Shown in pieces: positions 1-6,102 of a DNA stretch of 64,000 nucleotides. The position numbers and the translations under genes were made by a program. Where the stretch lies: contig MIAG01000001.1 of assembly GCA_001829005.1 (NCBI GenBank), positions 709,007-773,006 of the forward strand, read 5' to 3'. The notes beneath the pieces are model-generated. The model saw nothing but the letters and a program-made list of their open reading frames with translations. It ran no database searches and was not told where the DNA came from. This DNA is from Sphingobacteriia bacterium RIFOXYC2_FULL_35_18 (GTDB lineage: Bacteria > Bacteroidota > Bacteroidia > Chitinophagales > Chitinophagaceae). Numbering within the stretch: position 1 is the stretch's first letter; each line of letters starts with the position of its first letter.

Positions 1-762
1 GCTAAGCAGTGGTGTGTACTCTGCTTAATGGTACAGGCTGTTTTATTGGCTGAAGGAATATTGGTTATAACAAATAACAGTTTTTCATTTTCTGAGACAA
101 AGGAAGCATTTGCAAACAATTTTATTTTGGCGCTATACGCTTTATTAATACCATCAATATCTTGGTTTTTGGTAAAGCCTTTGTTAAAAAGATTGCAGGT
201 AGCTAAGTACGAAAAGAGAAGTTATTCAATGCTAAAGTTTAACGATCAAGTATTTTGGTCATTGCTTAAAACTCAGCCATCCATTGTTGATCATTCTACA
301 AGTGAATTGGGTATAACTATTGGTAACCCCAATGCAAAACATACTATTATCAAAGTTTGCAATCCTTATTGTGGCCCTTGCGCAACAGCACATCCTGAGT
401 TAGAGAAAATTATTGAACTAAACCATGATGTAAAAGCACAAATCATTTTTACAGCAACTAATCAGGAGAATGATAGAGGTGCAAAACCAGTTAAACATTT
501 ATTAGCTATTGCTGAAAAAGGCAATGAACATATTACTCATAAAGCATTAGATGATTGGTATTTAGCTAAAGAAAAGAATTATGATGTTTTTGCCAACAAA
601 TACCCAATGAATGCAGAACTAGATAAACAAACAGACAAAATCAATCAAATGAAAGATTGGTGTGAAAAGGTGAAAATCGAATACACTCCAACTATTTTTA
701 TTGATGGTTTTCTATTACCAAAAGGATATCAAATAAAGGACATTAATTATTTTCTTTCATGA
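1..762 (+). CDS. VKOR-thioredoxin fusion protein, C-terminal part (5' end lies outside the window); paralog of 2752..4356
   Basis: Frame 1 is open from nt 1. It starts AKQWCVLCL (the VKOR CXXC helix), followed by one more hydrophobic helix and a thioredoxin/DsbA-like domain with CNPYCGPC. By eye there are about 30 substitutions over about 253 aligned residues against the C-terminus of 2752..4356. Confidence 0.85.
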   Translation, partial: AKQWCVLCLMVQAVLLAEGILVITNNSFSFSETKEAFANNFILALYALLIPSISWFLVKPLLKRLQVAKYEKRSYSMLKFNDQVFWSLLKTQPSIVDHSTSELGITIGNPNAKHTIIKVCNPYCGPCATAHPELEKIIELNHDVKAQIIFTATNQENDRGAKPVKHLLAIAEKGNEHITHKALDDWYLAKEKNYDVFANKYPMNAELDKQTDKINQMKDWCEKVKIEYTPTIFIDGFLLPKGYQIKDINYFLS

Positions 763-885
763 AAAAGAAAAAACATATTTCTTTTCGACTAGTACCCGAA
801 AAGAAAAGCCAAATGGTACTACACTTTATCGCGAATGAGTGGTTTGGCAAGCCAATAATCTGCTGATGCTTAAAGCTGCAGAAAC
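763..885 (+). repeat. Duplicated intergenic element, copy A (between the VKOR-fusion stop and the precursor gene)
   Basis: Aligns with 4357..4478. Two near-identical blocks (cgactagtacccgaaaagaaaNgccaaatggtactacactt and agtggtttggcNagccaataatctgctgatgct) flank a diverged patch. It contains inverted repeats TAGTACC(790..796)/GGTACTA(815..821) and TTGGC-N2-GCCAA (844..855). Confidence 0.5.
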
Positions 886-935
886 TCTTTATGTAACCGC
901 TATTTATAAAATAAAAATAGCATAAAATTTAATTT

Positions 936-1115
936 ATGAAACAGAAAGTCGAAAATTTAGGCTTCCTTTTACCTAAGAATGCTCAGAAGAAAATTTTAGG
1001 TGGGAATATTGAAGATGAAACAACACAATGCTATGAATGTACTGCAGGAGAAAAAGAATGGGGATTCGGTTGCCCTAGTCCATTGAGATCTGATTGTAAA
1101 TGCGAGAAGTGTTAG
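936..1115 (+). CDS. Double-glycine-leader Cys-rich peptide precursor P1 (59 aa), absent from the ORF track
   Basis: Hand translation gives MKQKVENLGFLLPKNAQKKILGG/NIEDETTQCYECTAGEKEWGFGCPSPLRSDCKCEKC*. The 23-aa leader aligns with those of 4507..4731 and 10400..10636. The core has 6 Cys. It occupies the same cassette position as P2. Confidence 0.8.
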   Translation: MKQKVENLGFLLPKNAQKKILGGNIEDETTQCYECTAGEKEWGFGCPSPLRSDCKCEKC

Positions 1116-1139
1116 GGGTTGATTTATAAGAATTTTCAT

Positions 1140-1184
1140 AATCAAAAATGATATAAGTGAAGAATACTTATATCATTTTTGATT
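1140..1184 (+). terminator. 19-bp perfect A/T-rich hairpin directly after precursor P1 (partial terminator or processing site)
   Basis: aatcaaaaatgatataagt-gaagaat-acttatatcatttttgatt. It ends in a T-rich run 14 nt before the ATG of 1199..2266. Confidence 0.5.
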
Positions 1185-1198
1185 TTAAATAAAATTTC

Positions 1199-2266
1199 AT
1201 GAATTTCATTATTGCTTTTTTAATGGTTTTGTTTACTAATTTTTCATTGTACTCACAAACCACAGATATTTCGATAAGTGGTAAAATTAATGGCACATAC
1301 CCTGATAAAATATTTTTATTTTTTGATGGAAATATAAATGCTAAAGATAGTCTAAGTTCAGTAATTGCAAATGGGCACTTCCAGTTTAATCTAAAAACAA
1401 AACTTCCAATATTATGTAGATTACATTTTAGCGAAAACACTAATATAGTTGAATTTTATATCGATAACCCAACTACATTAATTTACTTGAATAGTAAAAT
1501 TGAAACCAATAGTGAGAATAAAACAAAACGTACATATTTTGAACTTGACAGTATTAAGGGATCAGTTATCGAAGTCAATAGGCAGTTATTCGAAAAATCC
1601 TTAGCGAAAGTAGAAACACTTAATATTTCTACTATAGAAAAAAGAAATTTGCATTATAATTTATTAGATAGTTTTATCACAAAAAATCCTAAAAGCAAAC
1701 TTGCACTATACTTTTTGGCAACAAATAAAATTCTTTCTTTAAATCAAATTAACCTTCTAAAATCAAATTTTGATACTAGTCTTTTATCATCTTATGAAGG
1801 ACAAAAACTAAATCGATCAATAATATCGCTATTGCGCTTAAAAAATAGATTGATAGGAGAGCAATTTCACCATGTTAGTCTTCCAGATAAATTTGGAAAA
1901 AAGATTGAAACTTCAATATATGCTGGTAAAATTGTTTTAATAAATTTTTGGGCTTCCTGGTGCGCTCCATGTAGGGAAAAGCATCCAGAAGTAGTCAAAT
2001 TATTTAATTCTTATAAAAGATCTCAATTTGATATTATTGGTATTTCCTTTGATGATAATCTAGAATATTGGAGAGCAGCTGTAGTAAAGGATAAGATAAA
2101 ATGGTTACAGTTAATTGACACGAAATATACATATGGTACACTTTCTTCCTATTATGATATAAAAGGAGTGCCATCAAATATCCTTATTAATAGAGATGGA
2201 AAAATTTTGGGCTTTGATTTAACAAATCAAGAAATCAAAAAATTTACTGATGATAATCTTAAATAA
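1199..2266 (+). CDS. Secreted TlpA/redoxin-like thioredoxin-fold protein with an N-terminal DUF4369-like domain
   Basis: Signal-like N-terminus MNFIIAFLMVLFTNFSLYSQ. The C-terminal thioredoxin fold has NFWASWCAPC and the cis-Pro loop GVPSNILI. Confidence 0.85.
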   Translation: MNFIIAFLMVLFTNFSLYSQTTDISISGKINGTYPDKIFLFFDGNINAKDSLSSVIANGHFQFNLKTKLPILCRLHFSENTNIVEFYIDNPTTLIYLNSKIETNSENKTKRTYFELDSIKGSVIEVNRQLFEKSLAKVETLNISTIEKRNLHYNLLDSFITKNPKSKLALYFLATNKILSLNQINLLKSNFDTSLLSSYEGQKLNRSIISLLRLKNRLIGEQFHHVSLPDKFGKKIETSIYAGKIVLINFWASWCAPCREKHPEVVKLFNSYKRSQFDIIGISFDDNLEYWRAAVVKDKIKWLQLIDTKYTYGTLSSYYDIKGVPSNILINRDGKILGFDLTNQEIKKFTDDNLK

Positions 2267-2423
2267 TAGAACAGAATATTAATAACAAAGTCCTTCTAGT
2301 TAGAACCTAGCGTTTTTGGTTAATACTGAGGTTGAATTGTAAGTCCCCCAAATATTAAACAGTTTTATTTAGAGTGTAGTCATTTTTAGTATGGTTGGAT
2401 TTTTTTAAAATCATATTACTATT

Positions 2424-2577
2424 GCGCCCCCACCTGCCTCTATATGATAAGTAGGTACTATGGTCGTGTGTTAATTTTCAAACATCTGGGTTAAAGTTGA
2501 GTTTTGAAAAACTAATAGAAGAAGCTCCAAAGCCTGTAAATCTTCATTGGGGTTTAAACATTCAATTGTTTAGCAAA
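2424..2577 (+). pseudogene. Decayed remnant of the 5' end (C39 domain) of a second ABC exporter gene
   Basis: Nucleotide similarity to 6180..6405 (tatatgataagtaggtaYtatggtcgtgtg...ttttcaaacatctgggttaaagttRagttttgaaaaa...gaagaagc). There are internal deletions and a frameshift leading to a stop. A short stretch just after it resembles the HlyD 3' end. Confidence 0.7.
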
Positions 2578-2616
2578 TGTTCATTATATGAAATTTAATA
2601 GTTGCAGAATTGCTAG

Positions 2617-2632
2617 GGGGTATTTTTACCCC
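2617..2632. repeat. GGGGTA-TTTT-TACCCC hairpin (variant/inverted copy of the locus-specific hairpin element)
   Basis: It has the same stem as the elements at 2675 and 9743, but the loop is the complement (TTTT versus AAAA). Confidence 0.5.
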
Positions 2633-2674
2633 TTGATTTGATTTTTACATCTGAAAATAGCTTTCAATAATCAT

Positions 2675-2714
2675 CGGGGGGTAAAAATACCCCCCGCTGA
2701 TTTTTTTTATTTTG
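2675..2714 (+). terminator. Rho-independent terminator-like hairpin CGGGGGGTA-AAAA-TACCCCCCG plus T-tract
   Basis: 9-bp G/C-rich stem followed by ctgattttttttatttt. It is nearly identical to the element after the HlyD gene at 9743. Confidence 0.6.
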
Positions 2715-2751
2715 AAAATTATAATTGATGTTTACTGCATAATTAGAAATT

Positions 2752-4356
2752 ATGTTAACTGGTGTTTTATTTAATAGTTTACATGAAAATCAACCATTAA
2801 TTGTTGCCGCTTTATTAAAGGGATTAAAAGTGAACGTAAGCATGGAAACGATTAATGATACATTACAATCGCATCCCGACTATCCAAGCTTTTTATCTAT
2901 TTCAGATTCATTGAATAATTGGAAGGTTGAAAATCTGGTTATTCAAACTTCGGTAGAAAAATTATCAGAGATTCCCACACCATTTATTACAAGCTTTAAA
3001 AAAGGTGTTTTTGTAGGAGTATTAGAAGTTCTAGAAAATGAGCTAGTTATTGTAAACCAACAAGGCAAAAAAGAAACGATTGCTAAAAATGTATTTTTAT
3101 CTCAATGGACTGAAAACTTCTTAGTTGCTGAAGCAAATGAGTTTTCTGGAGAAATCAATTACCAACAAAAGATTAATGCTACTAGTGTAAAAACGGTTGT
3201 TTATAGTTTAATCCCACTAGGAATTTTGACTTCTTTATTCATTCCATACTTGAATGGTTCCATTACCCTTTTGCCCACATTGTATTTATTGGTGAAGTTA
3301 ATAGGTTTAACTGCATCTGTACTACTACTATGGTATGATATAGATAAAGGCAACCCTTTATTAAAACAAATCTGTTCAGGTATACAAAAAGCCAATTGCA
3401 GTGCTGTCTTAAATACCAAAGCTGCATCGCTAGGGGGCATAGTAACGTGGAGTGAAGTTGGCTTTGTATATTTTGCAGGGTCATTATTATTCTCAGCGAC
3501 CTCTGGTATTAGTAAGGTATTGCCTGTTTTAAGTATAATCTCCTTATTAGCCCTGCCTTATATCATTTTCTCTATTTATTACCAGTGGAAAGTAGCCAAG
3601 CAGTGGTGTGTACTCTGCTTAATGGTTCAGGCTGTTTTATTGGCTGAAGGAATATTGGTTATAGCAAATAACAGTTTATCATTTTCTGAGACAACAGCAG
3701 CATTTGCAAACAATTTCATTTTTGCACTTTACGCTTTACTCATTCCCACAATATTTTGGTTTTTATTAAAGCCATTGTTGAAAAGATTACAGATTGCTAA
3801 GTACGAAAAGAGAAGTTATTTAATGCTTAAGTTTAACGATGATGTATTTTGGTCATTGCTTAAAAATCAGCCATCTATTGTTGATCATTCTACAAGTGAA
3901 TTGGGTATAACTATTGGTAACCCCAATGCAAAACATACTATTATCAAAGTTTGCAATCCTTATTGTGGGCCATGTGCAACAGCACATCCTGATATTGAAA
4001 AGATTATTGAGAGTAATCCAGAGGTTAAAGCTCAAATTATTTTTACTACAACAAATCACGAGAATGACCGTGGTGCAAAACCTGTTAAACATTTATTAGC
4101 TGTATCTGAAAAAGGAGATGAAAATCTCACCAAAAATGCGCTTGACGATTGGTATTTGGCTAAAGAAAAAAGTTATGATGTTTTTGCCAACAAATACCCA
4201 ATGAATGGAGAAATAGATAAACAAACGGACAAAATCGACCAAATGAAAGAATGGTGTGAAAAAGTGAAAATTGAATACACTCCAACTATTTTTATTGATG
4301 GTTTTTTATTACCAAAAGGATATCAAATAAAGGACATCAATTATTTTCTTTCATGA
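2752..4356 (+). CDS. Three-domain fusion: non-catalytic C39-like domain + VKOR (vitamin K epoxide reductase family) + thioredoxin/DsbA-like domain
   Basis: The N-terminal ~130 aa align with the C39 domain of 6103..8391 (ISDSLNNWKVENLVIQTSVEKLSEIPTPFITSF vs ISDAAEKIGFQTSGLKLSFEKLIEEAPKPAILHW) but lack the catalytic Cys and His. The VKOR loop Cys pair is CSGIQKANC and the membrane CXXC is WCVLC. The C-terminal domain has CNPYCGPC. Confidence 0.85.
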   Translation: MLTGVLFNSLHENQPLIVAALLKGLKVNVSMETINDTLQSHPDYPSFLSISDSLNNWKVENLVIQTSVEKLSEIPTPFITSFKKGVFVGVLEVLENELVIVNQQGKKETIAKNVFLSQWTENFLVAEANEFSGEINYQQKINATSVKTVVYSLIPLGILTSLFIPYLNGSITLLPTLYLLVKLIGLTASVLLLWYDIDKGNPLLKQICSGIQKANCSAVLNTKAASLGGIVTWSEVGFVYFAGSLLFSATSGISKVLPVLSIISLLALPYIIFSIYYQWKVAKQWCVLCLMVQAVLLAEGILVIANNSLSFSETTAAFANNFIFALYALLIPTIFWFLLKPLLKRLQIAKYEKRSYLMLKFNDDVFWSLLKNQPSIVDHSTSELGITIGNPNAKHTIIKVCNPYCGPCATAHPDIEKIIESNPEVKAQIIFTTTNHENDRGAKPVKHLLAVSEKGDENLTKNALDDWYLAKEKSYDVFANKYPMNGEIDKQTDKIDQMKEWCEKVKIEYTPTIFIDGFLLPKGYQIKDINYFLS

Positions 4357-4478
4357 GAAAGAATAATCATATTTTTTTCGACTAGTACCCGAAAAGAAAT
4401 GCCAAATGGTACTACACTTGGTGATCAACAAGTGGTTTGGCGAGCCAATAATCTGCTGATGCTATAAGCTGCAGAAAC
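4357..4478 (+). repeat. Duplicated intergenic element, copy B
   Basis: Aligns with 763..885. It includes TTGGC-N2-GCCAA at 4437..4448. Confidence 0.5.
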
Positions 4479-4506
4479 ATTATTAATAAATTTAATTTTT
4501 TTAAAA

Positions 4507-4731
4507 ATGAAACTGAAATTCGGAAATTTCGGAACTTTACTCACTAGATCACAAGCGAAAAGTATTATTGGTGGATATATGGTAGAAGATCCTAGCTCAT
4601 GTACTGTAGATTGTACTGGATGTCCGCCATATAAATGTACTTCAAATTGCGAAGCAATGAAGAACGGTGAATCTGTAACTTGTGATGGAGTTACCAAAAA
4701 ATGTAAAGCTTACCCAACATGTTGGGAATAA
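4507..4731 (+). CDS. Double-glycine-leader Cys-rich peptide precursor P2 (74 aa)
   Basis: MKLKFGNFGTLLTRSQAKSIIGG/YMVEDPSSCTVDCTGCPPYKCTSNCEAMKNGESVTCDGVTKKCKAYPTCWE. The leader is 23 aa and the core has 8 Cys. Confidence 0.85.
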   Translation: MKLKFGNFGTLLTRSQAKSIIGGYMVEDPSSCTVDCTGCPPYKCTSNCEAMKNGESVTCDGVTKKCKAYPTCWE

Positions 4732-4735
4732 TTTT

Positions 4736-4766
4736 ATGCCGACTATTTTAGTCGGCATACTTTTTT
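4736..4766 (+). terminator. Rho-independent terminator directly after P2
   Basis: atgccgacta-ttt-tagtcggcat followed by acTTTTTT, 5 nt after the stop codon. Confidence 0.75.
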
Positions 4767-4777
4767 AAAACTTTAGA

Positions 4778-6049
4778 ATGTTTAAAATAGTAATATACTT
4801 TTTAATTTTAACGGGTTTTACTCCTTGCTTCTCACAATTTGATAAGGTGAATCTATCTGTTAAGCCTGGGAAAAATGAATTTGATTTTAGTACTTTCAAT
4901 TTTCATTTATCCAAACAAGATATTAATAGTTTTGTAATCCCTCCTTTAAAGTATCTTTTAATTTTTGATTCTTATACAAACGATAATAAATTATTCTACT
5001 TTAATTACAAGAATGGTATTGTACCTGATTCCATTTTTACATTAATTAAAAGCAAAAGAAGTCTTGATTCTGACGATTTTCTTGTCTTAGATAATGATGA
5101 TATTTTAGAAGTATTAGTTGGCATTGACTCATTAGATAATTTAATAATAATCCCTAATGCTAACAATAATAAATCATTTACTGACGACTCTGTTTATGTC
5201 TTTAAAAGAAGTTTACAACAAACTAATCAGTTTGAAATAAGTAATGTTGAATTTAAGAATATCGATTATCGGATAGGTAATAATAGTTCTAACTTGAAAA
5301 CTTACTATAAATTAAAGATAGAAGTTGATTTTGATAGTTTTGACAAGCTAAAAGTAATGTCAACAAATATTTCTTTTTATGAAGGAGTTATAATGATTGA
5401 TAATAATAACTTTATTTTAAAAATTCAATTAAGTGGAACAGGATTAGATTTTAAATATAAATATGGAATTTACTATAAACTCATAAGCCCAATTTTAAAT
5501 ACTGCTGTAAATTTAGTTCCCGAAAGAGAAATCAAGAAAAGCTCAACATTGGAAAAATATACGTTTACCCTAGATAGTGTAAGTCTTTTTGGTGATGTTG
5601 CTTATGTAAAAGTTAAAAAAAATAATAAAATCTTTAGTGAAACTTCTTTTATAAATAATCTTGAAGGTTTTAATTTATTAAATAATTCAACTTTTAAATT
5701 CCTCAATAATAGTTATTATAAAGTCCTTGACTTTTGGGCTTCTTGGTGCTTACCATGTTTGTCAGACCATAAACTATTAATGAATGATATTTTTAAAATT
5801 CAAGCTAAAAATGTATTATTCTTTGGTGTTATTAACGATGAGAATGATTTAATGAATTCAAAAAAATACTTATTAAATTCAAATTATTTATGGAAAAATT
5901 ATTTTATTAAATCCAAAAAGCATATCGAATATTTTAATGTCAAATCATTTCCAACTTATATTGTTTTATCAAAATTTAATCAAATTATTCTCAGAACTAA
6001 TAGTTATCAAGAATTAATGAATTTCATTAACCAATTAGATGTAAAATAA
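4778..6049 (+). CDS. Secreted protein with a large unknown N-terminal domain and a C-terminal TlpA/redoxin-like thioredoxin fold
   Basis: Signal-like MFKIVIYFLILTGFTPCFSQ. The C-terminal ~110 aa contain DFWASWCLPC and the cis-Pro loop SFPTYIVL. The gene is very A+T rich. Confidence 0.8.
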   Translation: MFKIVIYFLILTGFTPCFSQFDKVNLSVKPGKNEFDFSTFNFHLSKQDINSFVIPPLKYLLIFDSYTNDNKLFYFNYKNGIVPDSIFTLIKSKRSLDSDDFLVLDNDDILEVLVGIDSLDNLIIIPNANNNKSFTDDSVYVFKRSLQQTNQFEISNVEFKNIDYRIGNNSSNLKTYYKLKIEVDFDSFDKLKVMSTNISFYEGVIMIDNNNFILKIQLSGTGLDFKYKYGIYYKLISPILNTAVNLVPEREIKKSSTLEKYTFTLDSVSLFGDVAYVKVKKNNKIFSETSFINNLEGFNLLNNSTFKFLNNSYYKVLDFWASWCLPCLSDHKLLMNDIFKIQAKNVLFFGVINDENDLMNSKKYLLNSNYLWKNYFIKSKKHIEYFNVKSFPTYIVLSKFNQIILRTNSYQELMNFINQLDVK

Positions 6050-6102
6050 TTTTTATTGGACTAATTATGATTAACCGCTGCTGAGATTTTTAGCTCCTTT
6101 TA

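Noticed and set aside
759-866. A 35-aa ORF (MKKKKHISFRLVPEKK...) that overlaps the VKOR-fusion stop codon (ATGA) and runs through the conserved intergenic element.
   Set aside because: The paralogous copy at 4353 has a 1-nt shorter T-run (7 T versus tttctttt). This shifts the frame and gives a stop after 10 codons, while the nucleotide sequence downstream stays conserved. The conservation is therefore not due to this reading frame.
1168-1440. A 90-aa minus-strand ORF overlapping the start of the TlpA-like gene and the P1 hairpin.
   Set aside because: It is antisense to a gene with clear signal-peptide and thioredoxin features, and nothing else supports it.
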